From: a virus
Length of the DNA: 64,000 nt
Direction: 5' to 3' (one strand)
IMG/VR virus record: IMGVR_UViG_3300037743_000151
Coordinates: 1 to 64,000 of that record
Below are positions 1 through 8,165 of this stretch, piece by piece (position 1 is the first letter of the stretch; each line of letters opens with the position of its first letter). The position numbers and the translations under genes are program-made. The notes beneath the pieces were generated by a model, which made no database searches, was not told the DNA's origin, and was given only the letters and a program-made list of their open reading frames with translations.

Positions 1-25
1 GGCTCAGAACCGGAACGCGTTCACG

Positions 26-310
26 GTGGACTGCCTGATCGACGGCAGCAACCTGCCGGCGCCGGTGCGGATTCCGCGGGCGGAGTCGGTGCACGTGATG
101 TGCGCGGACGTCGACGACCTCGGTGAGTGGCTGCGCGCCCTCGGGGGTGAGATCCACGTGAGCCCGGAGTTCGAGGGTGTGGAGTTGTGGACGTTGCACG
201 CGTCGACGGAGCCGCGTGAGGACGGCAGCAGTACCGCGGTGTTGGTGTCGGTGCCGGTGCCGTCGGGCGAGCTGGTCATGGAGTGGATCCGTAAGGCGGT
301 CCGTCGATGA
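26..310 (+). CDS. hypothetical protein (possibly 5'-truncated at window edge)
   Basis: GTG ORF of 94 aa. The frame stays open back to nt 2, so the start may lie upstream. Stop overlaps next start (ATGA). GC-rich third codon positions. Confidence 0.5.
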   Translation: MDCLIDGSNLPAPVRIPRAESVHVMCADVDDLGEWLRALGGEIHVSPEFEGVELWTLHASTEPREDGSSTAVLVSVPVPSGELVMEWIRKAVRR

Positions 311-858
311 GCGCCCCGGTGACGCACGACCCGCTGGTCGTGAACACGCAGGACGGTAGCTGCTGGCGACGGCGTGCGGTGACGCGTGAGGGCCGCGGGC
401 TGTACGCGCTGGCGGATGTGCAGGGCGACGTGCCCGAGCTGATGCTGTCGACGCTGGCCGAGTTGGCGGAGCACGGGCTGTCGTCGATGTCGATGTACGC
501 ACTGCCGGTGCCGGCGGGTCCGGTGCTGCGGTCGGAGTTGGACCAGGCTCGCGACGATGTTGCGGGTGCCTGTCTCGCTCGGTGGGAGGAGGAGCAGGAG
601 AACGCCCGTCTGCGGTTGGCGTTGGCGTCGGCGCAGCGTGGGCGTCGGGAGCTGCGTGCTCGGGTCGCTGACCTAGAGCAGGTGATTGCGGATGCTCCTG
701 CCTCGTATGTGCTGATGGAGCGGGCCCGCGCGGCCGCAGCGGACGCGATGACTCAGCGGATTGCGCCGACGCAGGCGCTGCGCGAGGACGACGAGTTCCA
801 CCTGCATCACGACTACCGCACCCCGCACGACCTGCCCGAGCCGGGTGGTCAACGGTGA
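307..858 (+). CDS. hypothetical protein
   Basis: ATGA overlap with upstream stop; 183 aa; Ala/Arg-rich coiled-coil-like centre; no motif recognised. Confidence 0.6.
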   Translation: MSAPVTHDPLVVNTQDGSCWRRRAVTREGRGLYALADVQGDVPELMLSTLAELAEHGLSSMSMYALPVPAGPVLRSELDQARDDVAGACLARWEEEQENARLRLALASAQRGRRELRARVADLEQVIADAPASYVLMERARAAAADAMTQRIAPTQALREDDEFHLHHDYRTPHDLPEPGGQR

Positions 859-1136
859 ACGCGACGACGACGGCTGCTGAGTGGTTGCAGATGGTGTCGC
901 TGGCGGCTGGCTTGTACGCCGCGGTGAGTGCCCCGTATTTCCTGCTCGTCGACGCGGAGGTGTGGGCGTGGCCGCGTCCCCTCGTTGGCGCCGTGGACGG
1001 TGCCCGGCCCATCGTCCGGCAGGCCGCTGACCGACTGCTCGTCGAGATCTGCCGTGCCCGTCACACCCCGCGCGAGCTGGCCGTAGCCGCCGCCGCGCTC
1101 CTCATGCTCCTGACCGCCTCGGAGGCGACGTCATGA
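855..1136 (+). CDS. hypothetical membrane protein
   Basis: GTGA overlap; 93 aa; hydrophobic stretches LQMVSLAAGLYAAVSAPYFLL and AVAAAALLMLL. Confidence 0.55.
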   Translation: MNATTTAAEWLQMVSLAAGLYAAVSAPYFLLVDAEVWAWPRPLVGAVDGARPIVRQAADRLLVEICRARHTPRELAVAAAALLMLLTASEATS

Positions 1137-1501
1137 CGTACCGCGTTGAGGGCCCGTTCCCTCTGACTGTCCGTCCCACCGAGTCGGGTGCCGACCTCGA
1201 CGTCTCCCGCTTCCTGGTCCGTGCGGTGTTGGTGCAGTTGTTCGCGGATGCGGCGGAGGATCCGGCCGGGTTCGGTGAGGAGTTCGCCGACCTGCACTTC
1301 CTGTCGCAGTCGGCGCAGGTCCAGGGCCGCGACAGCCATGCCCGGCACGAGTTTGACGAGCGGGTCGACAAGATGCTGGGCGCGTTCGGCGACGGCCGCA
1401 TCGACCTGTACACGACGGGGCTCCGGCAGTTGCGGGACGCGTTGGACGAGGTGCTGAAGCCGCGCGAGATCCCAGCGCAGCGCGAAGCGGGTGCCGCATG
1501 A
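1133..1501 (+). CDS. hypothetical protein
   Basis: ATGA overlap; 122 aa; no motif. Confidence 0.55.
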   Translation: MTYRVEGPFPLTVRPTESGADLDVSRFLVRAVLVQLFADAAEDPAGFGEEFADLHFLSQSAQVQGRDSHARHEFDERVDKMLGAFGDGRIDLYTTGLRQLRDALDEVLKPREIPAQREAGAA

Positions 1502-2082
1502 GCTTCGCGACCATCACCGCCGTGTCCCTGCCGCCGCAGGTGTACGCCCACACCGCGAGCCACGACGTGGCTCTCACCGCCGACCCGACACGCTTCCGCG
1601 CCGTCACCAGCAAGAACTACGGCTGGGTCAAGCCGACGTCCTGCTGCGGCCTGTGGACCTCCCCGGTCACGGCCCGCGCCAACGACGGCCTGCCCTCGGA
1701 CAGCGCGTGGCTGGAGTGGTGTCGGTGCGAGATGGACTCGGACACCAGCGATCTGCTACTCACCGAGATCCTTCCGGTGCGGGAGGCCAGGCTGCTGCTG
1801 ATCGACTGTCAGGAGCATCTGGTGGCGATCATTGACGCCTACCCGGAGAGCGGTAGTCAGTGGCCCGGCCGCGGGCGCCTCTACCCGAACTGGTCAGGGC
1901 TGGCTGCTGATGGCTGGGACGGCGTCTACCTCACCGACCGGGGGCAGCGGGCGACGCGCCTTCCCCGGTCGGGTCCGGATCTGTACTCGTGGGATCTGGA
2001 GTCGATGCTGTGGCTCCGGCACGCGTACACGGTGGGACGGACGGTGCGCTCTGCGGTGCGCACCGAAGCAGGTGCGACGTGA
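1498..2082 (+). CDS. hypothetical protein
   Basis: ATGA overlap; 194 aa; Trp/Cys-rich; no motif recognised. Confidence 0.6.
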   Translation: MSFATITAVSLPPQVYAHTASHDVALTADPTRFRAVTSKNYGWVKPTSCCGLWTSPVTARANDGLPSDSAWLEWCRCEMDSDTSDLLLTEILPVREARLLLIDCQEHLVAIIDAYPESGSQWPGRGRLYPNWSGLAADGWDGVYLTDRGQRATRLPRSGPDLYSWDLESMLWLRHAYTVGRTVRSAVRTEAGAT

Positions 2083-2387
2083 ACGCCCGTGCCCGTATCC
2101 ACGCCATGTTTCCGCTGACCGAGTTGGCGGAGTGCGAGCTGGACGCCCGCCTGGACGACCTCGTCCGGCAAGCGTTCGCGGCGGGCCGTGAATCGGCTGG
2201 CGCGGACGGCTTCCACCTCGACGACTTCCGGGCGGTGTGGACGAGGAGCGACGGCAGCGACACGCCCGTCTCCGAACTCCGTGGGACGTGCGGCTGCCTC
2301 CTCCAACGCGTCGGCCCGACCTCGCTGCTCGACCTCCTGATCGCCGCCACCCTCCACACCTGCCCGCCCACCGGAGACACCGCATGA
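2079..2387 (+). CDS. hypothetical protein
   Basis: GTG at 2079 overlaps upstream stop (GTGA). Preferred over the longer 1989 start, which would overlap the previous gene by 90 nt. Confidence 0.5.
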   Translation: MNARARIHAMFPLTELAECELDARLDDLVRQAFAAGRESAGADGFHLDDFRAVWTRSDGSDTPVSELRGTCGCLLQRVGPTSLLDLLIAATLHTCPPTGDTA

Positions 2388-2731
2388 GCGCCGGTCAGCG
2401 GTCCGAGATCGACGTCCTCCGCACCCTCGTCCACGACATCCGCACCGCCGCCCACCGGGGCGACGTCGCTGAAGTCCGACGCCTCCTCGACGTCCACGCG
2501 ACGAAGCCCACCGCACGACGTGGCGCCCTGCTGGCTGCGATCCGTCGCAGTCCGGCCGGGCGGTGGAAGTCGGGGCGCGCGGTGACCGTGCTGCGGCCCC
2601 TCGGCTTCCACCCCATCAGCCCCGGCACTGCCGGACACGACCTCGCGGCGCTCGCCAAACAAGGCCACCTCATCCGCCATGACGAGCCCGGCTGCACCTG
2701 GTACGAGCTGCGCAAGGAGGCGACCCGATGA
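2384..2731 (+). CDS. hypothetical protein
   Basis: ATG at 2384 in the 2237..2731 ORF; ATGA overlap with upstream stop; 115 aa. Confidence 0.5.
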   Translation: MSAGQRSEIDVLRTLVHDIRTAAHRGDVAEVRRLLDVHATKPTARRGALLAAIRRSPAGRWKSGRAVTVLRPLGFHPISPGTAGHDLAALAKQGHLIRHDEPGCTWYELRKEATR

Positions 2732-2919
2732 CGTACCGCCTCCTCCTCGTCGTCTACGTCGCCGCGGTTACGGCCATCGCCTGCACGGTCACGTGGGCGG
2801 CCAGTCTCCTCCCCGTCAGCCCGACCACCGGACAAGCCGTCTGCATCGTGACGGGCGCGATCGCCGTATGGCTGGCCACCGCCTTCCTCCCCTGCCCCAC
2901 CCGAAAGGAGCGTCCGTGA
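2728..2919 (+). CDS. small membrane protein
   Basis: ATGA overlap; 63 aa with two hydrophobic helices. Confidence 0.5.
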   Translation: MTYRLLLVVYVAAVTAIACTVTWAASLLPVSPTTGQAVCIVTGAIAVWLATAFLPCPTRKERP

Positions 2920-3203
2920 CGACGACCGTGCAGGCCGAGGCTCCGACCTCGGCCGCCGGCCCGGTCCCCAAGTGGCCGACGGACTGGGACCAGGTCCTCG
3001 ACACCGCCATCCGCACCTGGCGCGGCGAGTGGACCACCAACCGGGTCCAGCAGCTCTACAAAGCCCGCTACGGCGACAGCATGCACCGCGCGGACGCCCG
3101 GGCGTTCCTGTCCCGCCGCGCCCATCAGGGCGTGCTGCGCCTCAACAACCGGGCCGACGCCCGCTACTACACACTCCGCACCACGCGAGGAAACCAGTCA
3201 TGA
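2916..3203 (+). CDS. hypothetical protein
   Basis: GTG at 2916 (GTGA overlap) in the 2679..3203 ORF; 95 aa. Confidence 0.5.
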   Translation: MTTTVQAEAPTSAAGPVPKWPTDWDQVLDTAIRTWRGEWTTNRVQQLYKARYGDSMHRADARAFLSRRAHQGVLRLNNRADARYYTLRTTRGNQS

Positions 3204-4084
3204 CAGAGCTGACCAGCAGGCTCACCGACCAGCAACTGAAGGTGCTGTACTCCGCACTCCACAACGACCGGGTGGGCCACAACCAAAAGGGGTTCGCCCA
3301 CGTCCAGCAGTGGGACGTGCGCCGCTTCCTCATCCGCGTCTTCGGGTTCGGCGGTTACGACACCGAGTTGGTATCGATCGACCTGATCCGCGAGATCGAG
3401 CACCCGCCGAGCAACCAGGGCGGCAAGCCCCGATGGACCGTCGCCTACCGCGTTCACCAGCGGCTGACCGTGAAGGACATCGCCGGGCGTCCGATCGCCA
3501 CCTTTGACGGCGTGGCCACGGGCGACGCGCAGAATCAACCGAGCCTCGGCGACGCGCACGACGGCGCCGTGAAGGAGGCCGACTCACAGTCGCTCAAGCG
3601 GGCCGCAGTCAATCTCGGCGACGCGTTCGGTTTGTCTCTCTATAACGGTGGCAAGACGGCTCCGGTCGTTCTCTGGTCGGCAGCGCACCCGCACCTCACG
3701 ATCAAGGGACCTGTCGCAGGCCAGGACGATACGAAGCCCCAGGACCCGCCAGTCGAGCCCGAGCCGGATGCGACACCGGACAGCTCAGACCCGGACCCGA
3801 CGCCCCCGGCCTCCGCTGCCGCCCTGGCGCAGCAGCCAGCGCCGTCTGCGCCCACCGCCGTCCCGGACCCGCCGCAGCAGCAGCGTCCCGGCGCGATGCC
3901 GGCCGCCGGACCGAACGAGCGGCAGGGCGCCCTTGACGCGATGTGGGGCGCCGCCCGCGCCGCCAACTTCGCCGACGGGCTGCCCGCCCAGTTCGAGTCG
4001 GCGTTCGGCCACGCCATCGAGCAGGGCACCGCCGCCGAGTTCCGGCAGGCCACCGATCTGATGCGCGGCTCCGTCGCCGCCTGA
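3200..4084 (+). CDS. Rad52/22-family single-strand annealing protein
   Basis: ATG at 3200 (ATGA overlap). The motif KEADSQSLKRAAVNLGDAFGLSLYNG matches the Rad52/22 annealase signature (A.KRA...fG..fG..LY). Pro/Ala-rich C-terminal tail. Confidence 0.75.
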   Translation: MTELTSRLTDQQLKVLYSALHNDRVGHNQKGFAHVQQWDVRRFLIRVFGFGGYDTELVSIDLIREIEHPPSNQGGKPRWTVAYRVHQRLTVKDIAGRPIATFDGVATGDAQNQPSLGDAHDGAVKEADSQSLKRAAVNLGDAFGLSLYNGGKTAPVVLWSAAHPHLTIKGPVAGQDDTKPQDPPVEPEPDATPDSSDPDPTPPASAAALAQQPAPSAPTAVPDPPQQQRPGAMPAAGPNERQGALDAMWGAARAANFADGLPAQFESAFGHAIEQGTAAEFRQATDLMRGSVAA

Positions 4085-4147
4085 CCACCGCCGCACACCA
4101 AGGGGCGCCCCGCGGCTATCGGGGCGCCCCGCCCACCAGGAGATCAC

Positions 4148-4675
4148 ATGAACGTGAAAGAAGCAGCGGCTCGGGCCGCCGTCCTCGACACCCTCCACAA
4201 GGCCATCGGCGACGAGCTGAAGGCCGCCAAGCGCGACCTGGAGGACGGACTGCGCGCAGCCAAGGCGGAGACCGGAACCCAGAAGGTCACCATCAGCCTC
4301 GACGAGCAGCAGGACATCGGCACCGCCACTCTCGTCCAGCCGGCCGCCGCGGCCGTCGTCGCCGACGTCGAGAAGTTCAAGGCGTGGGTGATGGACCACT
4401 ACACGAGCGAGATCGAGCGGAAGTTCGTCACCGAGGTCCGCGCCTCGTTCACCGCCCGCCTGCTGAAGGAGATGACCGCCGCCGGGGTAGCGCAGTGGGC
4501 CGACCCGGAGACGGGTGAGATCCACGAAGTGCCGGGTGTGGAGATGCAGGGCCGGGCTGCGTACACGCGGATGACCGTGCCGGACGAGGGCAAGCAGGCA
4601 ATCGCGCAGGCGTGGCAGTCGGGCGCGCTCTCGTATCTGGTGCTTCCCCAGCTCACCGCCGGGGGTGCCCAGTGA
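4148..4675 (+). CDS. hypothetical protein
   Basis: ATG preceded by AGGAG RBS; 175 aa; sits between annealase and exonuclease. Confidence 0.65.
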   Translation: MNVKEAAARAAVLDTLHKAIGDELKAAKRDLEDGLRAAKAETGTQKVTISLDEQQDIGTATLVQPAAAAVVADVEKFKAWVMDHYTSEIERKFVTEVRASFTARLLKEMTAAGVAQWADPETGEIHEVPGVEMQGRAAYTRMTVPDEGKQAIAQAWQSGALSYLVLPQLTAGGAQ

Positions 4676-5400
4676 AGTTCTCCAACCTCCGCCGCAGCGG
4701 CTGGGACACGGAAACGACCGGCGTTCGAGTCGACGAAGCCCGCATCGTCACCGCGGCCATCGTCGTACGCGGCGGCAACCTGCCCGACCGAACCTTCTCG
4801 CACATCATCAACCCCGGCGTGCCGATCCCCCCCGAGGCGAGCGCCGTCCACGGCGTGACCAACGAGCGGGCCCAAGCCGAAGGCGCCGAACCCAAGGAAG
4901 CGCTGGAAGACATCGCGAGCAGGCTCACCGCGGCCCTGATCCACGGCATGCCGGTCGTCGCGTTCAACCAGTCCTTCGACTGGAGTGTCCTGCACTACGA
5001 GCTCGTCCGGTACGGCCTGCCCACCATGGCCGACCGGCTCGGCCGCGAGCCGTACACGCTGCTGGACCCGCACGTCATTGATCGGCAGTGCACGCCGCGG
5101 CTGCGTGGCAGCGGGCTCCGCAAGCTGAAGCCAACGTGCGAGCGGTATGGCGTTGCTCTGGACGACTGGCACACCGCAGAGGCGGACGCGCTCGCGGCGC
5201 TGCTGCTGGCCGACGCACAGTTCGACTACCACCCGCAGCTCGCCGACATGGAGCCGCAGCAGTTGTATGCGGCTCAGAGGGTGTGGAGGGCGGAGCAGCA
5301 GGCGTCCTTGCAGGAGTACCTGCGGCAGACAAAGCCGGAGGCGTACTGCGCTCCGGAGTGGCCGCTGATCGCTGTGGACAGGCAGGGGGACGGACAGTGA
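4672..5400 (+). CDS. DnaQ-like DEDDh 3'-5' exonuclease
   Basis: GTG at 4672 (GTGA overlap). Exo motifs: I WDTETTG, II VAFNQSFDWSVL, III HTAEADA. Confidence 0.8.
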   Translation: MKFSNLRRSGWDTETTGVRVDEARIVTAAIVVRGGNLPDRTFSHIINPGVPIPPEASAVHGVTNERAQAEGAEPKEALEDIASRLTAALIHGMPVVAFNQSFDWSVLHYELVRYGLPTMADRLGREPYTLLDPHVIDRQCTPRLRGSGLRKLKPTCERYGVALDDWHTAEADALAALLLADAQFDYHPQLADMEPQQLYAAQRVWRAEQQASLQEYLRQTKPEAYCAPEWPLIAVDRQGDGQ

Positions 5401-5882
5401 AGAAGCCTCTCCTCGAAGTGCTCATGGCAAAGATCGATAAGGACGCTGAACCGCCACAGCATCGGCCAGAGCTTGGCCCCTGCTGGCTGTGGACCGGGTC
5501 TCTCGACCGGCACGGATACGGCAGGTACAACCACCGCAGGCCCGGTACCAGGTTCGTCCACCGCCTGATGTACGAGCTCTTGATCGGGCCTGTCGCCCAG
5601 GGCCTCGACATGGATCATCTGTGCCGCGTCCACGCCTGCTGTAACCCGGAGCACCTGGAGCCGGTAACGCATGCCGAGAACGTACGGCGCGGCCGGGCAG
5701 TCGACGTGGCCCGTCGCCTGGCTGCCTCGCGGACGCATTGCGCCAATGGCCACCCGTATGAGGATGACAACTTCCGGATCAACACTCGCGGCCCGAAGAA
5801 GGGGCGTCGCCGCTGCCTGGTGTGCGCACGCGCACTGAACCGGAAGTACCGGGCTGCCCAGCGCGTCGAGGGTGCGGCATGA
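5397..5882 (+). CDS. HNH endonuclease
   Basis: GTG 5397 (GTGA overlap; alternative ATG 5424). CWLWTGSLDRHGYGR ... DHLCRVHACCNPEHLEPVTHAENV is an HNH_3-type signature. Confidence 0.75.
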   Translation: MKKPLLEVLMAKIDKDAEPPQHRPELGPCWLWTGSLDRHGYGRYNHRRPGTRFVHRLMYELLIGPVAQGLDMDHLCRVHACCNPEHLEPVTHAENVRRGRAVDVARRLAASRTHCANGHPYEDDNFRINTRGPKKGRRRCLVCARALNRKYRAAQRVEGAA

Positions 5883-6208
5883 GGCTTGTCAGTGCCGCCA
5901 AGTACGCCGCCCTGCAAACCCGCTACGACCGCACCGCCGCGGCCCTGGAGAAGGCTGAGAAGCAGGCCGCGGACCGTCTGGCCACCATCACCCGGCAGGG
6001 CGCCGAACTCGACCGGCTCCGCGACACCCACCCCGACACGCCACTCCCTCAGCCGCCTACGCCGCAGGGGGATGTGGAGCTCCGCCGCCAACTGCACCTG
6101 GCCCGGCGTGCGATCCGCGAGCTGGCACAGCAGATCGACGAGTTGCAGACGTCGCACATTGCGGACACGCGGGAGCTTCACGACCTGCGGCAGGGGGTGG
6201 CGTCGTGA
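5879..6208 (+). CDS. hypothetical coiled-coil protein
   Basis: ATG 5879 (ATGA overlap); 109 aa; heptad-like Leu/Arg/Glu pattern. Confidence 0.55.
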   Translation: MRLVSAAKYAALQTRYDRTAAALEKAEKQAADRLATITRQGAELDRLRDTHPDTPLPQPPTPQGDVELRRQLHLARRAIRELAQQIDELQTSHIADTRELHDLRQGVAS

Positions 6209-6456
6209 TTCCGGAGGTCACTGTCGGTGCCGCCTCCCTGATGGGCGCCCTCGTGTTCGCGACCGGTGTTGTCCGGTGGGCGGTCACTCCGGTGGCGAAG
6301 CCCGGCCAGCACCGTGCCCGCCGCTCCCGTCCGGTCCGCCGGGTCGAGGAGTACGTGCCCGCCTACCTCCTCGTGCCCGCCCAGCAACTGTCCGCCCCGT
6401 GCCCCGACTGCGGCAGCCACGTCACCATCACCACCACCACGGGGAGCACCCTGTGA
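6205..6456 (+). CDS. hypothetical protein
   Basis: GTGA overlap; 83 aa; N-terminal hydrophobic helix; CPDCG motif. Confidence 0.45.
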   Translation: MIPEVTVGAASLMGALVFATGVVRWAVTPVAKPGQHRARRSRPVRRVEEYVPAYLLVPAQQLSAPCPDCGSHVTITTTTGSTL

Positions 6457-6965
6457 CCACACCCCGCATCCTCGCACTCGACCTGTCGATCACCGCCACC
6501 GGCTTCGCCCTCCCCGACGGACAGACCGGCACCTTCAAAGGCCCGTGGAAGGGCGACTGGCGCCTCGTCGCCATCAAGCACGCCGTCGCCGGACACGCCA
6601 CCGACGTCGACCTCGCCGTCATCGAAGACCTCCCCACCCACGCCAAGTCCGCCGGCATCACCGGCATGGTCCACGGCGCCGTCCGGGCGGTCCTCATGGA
6701 AGCCAGCGTGCCCTACGTCCTCATCACCCCGGCCACGCTGAAGGCGTACGCGACCGGCAAGGGCAACGCGGACAAGACCGGCATGGCGATCGCCGCGCTG
6801 AAGCGGGCCGGCCGGGAGTTCGCCGACGACAACCAGACGGACGCCGCGTGGCTGCGATGGGCCGGCCTCGACTGGTACGGGCACCCCGAGTTCCCCCTCC
6901 CGCAGACGCAGCGCGACCGGCTCACCAAAGTCGCGTGGCCCGACCTGAACGGGGAGCCGGCATGA
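6453..6965 (+). CDS. RuvC-like Holliday junction resolvase
   Basis: GTG 6453 (GTGA overlap). ILALDLSITATGFA ... AVIEDL ... KAYATGKGNADK ... DDNQTDAAWL resembles the RuvC/RNase H-fold acidic motifs. Confidence 0.7.
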   Translation: MTTPRILALDLSITATGFALPDGQTGTFKGPWKGDWRLVAIKHAVAGHATDVDLAVIEDLPTHAKSAGITGMVHGAVRAVLMEASVPYVLITPATLKAYATGKGNADKTGMAIAALKRAGREFADDNQTDAAWLRWAGLDWYGHPEFPLPQTQRDRLTKVAWPDLNGEPA

Positions 6966-7612
6966 ACGCCTACACGGGGTCCGTCCCCGACAGCGAGCGC
7001 CCCGCTGATTGGAGAAAGGCGGCGGCCTGCCGCGCCTATGACCCGGAGATGTGGCACCCGCTGCCCAACAACATTGCGGGCGTGAAGGCTGCGAAGGAGA
7101 TCTGTTTCGGCTGCCCGTCGATGCTGGCGTGCGCGCAGTCCGCCCTGACCCGCCGTATCCGGGACGGTGTCTGGGGCGGTCTCAGCGAGGGCCAGCGGAC
7201 GACGCTGTACAAGAAGTACCGCAGCACGGACTTCAACAACATCAACACCGTCCGTGCGGCCGTCGGCGCCGTGCTCCGCGAAGAACTCAATCCGCTGCGC
7301 AGTCTCCGCGACGTGTGGGACGACCGCACCTACCCGCTGCCCGGCGGCCACATCGGATGGCGCGGCGACTCCGGTTCGTTCTCGTTCCGCGGGCATTCCC
7401 TCACGCCGAAGCAGTTGGCGTTCCTCATCGACCGCGGCCACAAAGCGGACGGGAACGTCCGGCGGCGTACGGCGGTCTGCCCGGTCGTTGACTGCGTCCA
7501 TCCACGCCATTTGGCCGACAACACGGAGCGGGGCCAGCAGAAGAAGGCCGCCGAGGACGCCGCCGCACGGGCTGCCGCCGCAGCCCAATACGAGGCAGAG
7601 CTGGCGTCATGA
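6962..7612 (+). CDS. WhiB-like Fe-S transcription factor fused to a degenerate HNH_3-like C-terminal domain
   Basis: ATG 6962 (ATGA overlap). C-x25-CFGC-x5-C plus the GVWGG turn is the WhiB signature. The C-terminal 130 aa (CPVVDCVHPRHLADNTERG) resembles an HNH_3 DNA-binding module. Confidence 0.75.
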   Translation: MNAYTGSVPDSERPADWRKAAACRAYDPEMWHPLPNNIAGVKAAKEICFGCPSMLACAQSALTRRIRDGVWGGLSEGQRTTLYKKYRSTDFNNINTVRAAVGAVLREELNPLRSLRDVWDDRTYPLPGGHIGWRGDSGSFSFRGHSLTPKQLAFLIDRGHKADGNVRRRTAVCPVVDCVHPRHLADNTERGQQKKAAEDAAARAAAAAQYEAELAS

Positions 7613-7788
7613 CCGGCTGGCTCGGCGGTCTGCAAGTGCGTGCAGGTCAAGTCCCGGTCGCGGACTGGCTGTGCGCCGCCTGCCTTGCACACCGCCGGGC
7701 CACTGGCAAACGCCGCGTGATCGACCTCCTCACCTCCGACCCCACCACCATCCACCGGGACCAATGCCCGGCCCGCAAAACCACCTGA
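7609..7788 (+). CDS. small hypothetical protein (59 aa, below ORF-track cutoff)
   Basis: My own translation: ATG 7609 (ATGA overlap) to TGA 7786-7788. GC-rich third positions. Followed by a hairpin terminator. Confidence 0.35.
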   Translation: MTGWLGGLQVRAGQVPVADWLCAACLAHRRATGKRRVIDLLTSDPTTIHRDQCPARKTT

Positions 7789-7798
7789 CCAGCAGACA

Positions 7799-7825
7799 GC
7801 CCCGCCGATCCGAACTCGGCGGGGC
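7799..7825 (+). terminator. GC hairpin terminator
   Basis: GCCCCGCCGA (7799-7808) pairs with TCGGCGGGGC (7816-7825); 7-nt loop. Confidence 0.5.
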
Positions 7826-7843
7826 CCCAACAAGGAGACCACG

Positions 7844-8128
7844 ATGACCATCCGAATCTTCACCCCCGACCAGCTCGAAGAGTTCGACGTCCCCTACACC
7901 AACCTCCACGACGAGCAGGTCGACAGCCGCCGCTGGGCTGATACCCGCTGCTGCGTCTTCCGCGCCCCCGACGACGGCAAAACCTACGAGGTCACCTACC
8001 AGGTCCCCGCAACAGAGCACCAGGAGTGCGACCTCTGGTTCGACCAGGAGCAGGTCAAGGCGATCGAGGTCGAGCAGCAGCCGGTGACCGTCATGCAGTG
8101 GAAGCCCGTCTTCCCGGCAGCCGACTAG
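7844..8128 (+). CDS. hypothetical protein
   Basis: ATG after AAGGAGA RBS; 94 aa. Confidence 0.65.
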   Translation: MTIRIFTPDQLEEFDVPYTNLHDEQVDSRRWADTRCCVFRAPDDGKTYEVTYQVPATEHQECDLWFDQEQVKAIEVEQQPVTVMQWKPVFPAAD

Positions 8129-8165
8129 CCACCCCTCCCGGCGCCGCCCCAACAAGGAGAACGTG

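Noticed and set aside
5886-7612. Long N-terminal extensions offered by the ORF track (5886..6965, 6266..7612; similarly 2972..4084, 30339..31808, 31983..33005, 43716..45677).
   Set aside because: The extensions overlap upstream genes for hundreds of nt and are Pro/Arg-rich. Internal starts with RBS or 4-nt overlaps coincide with the beginning of the recognisable domains.
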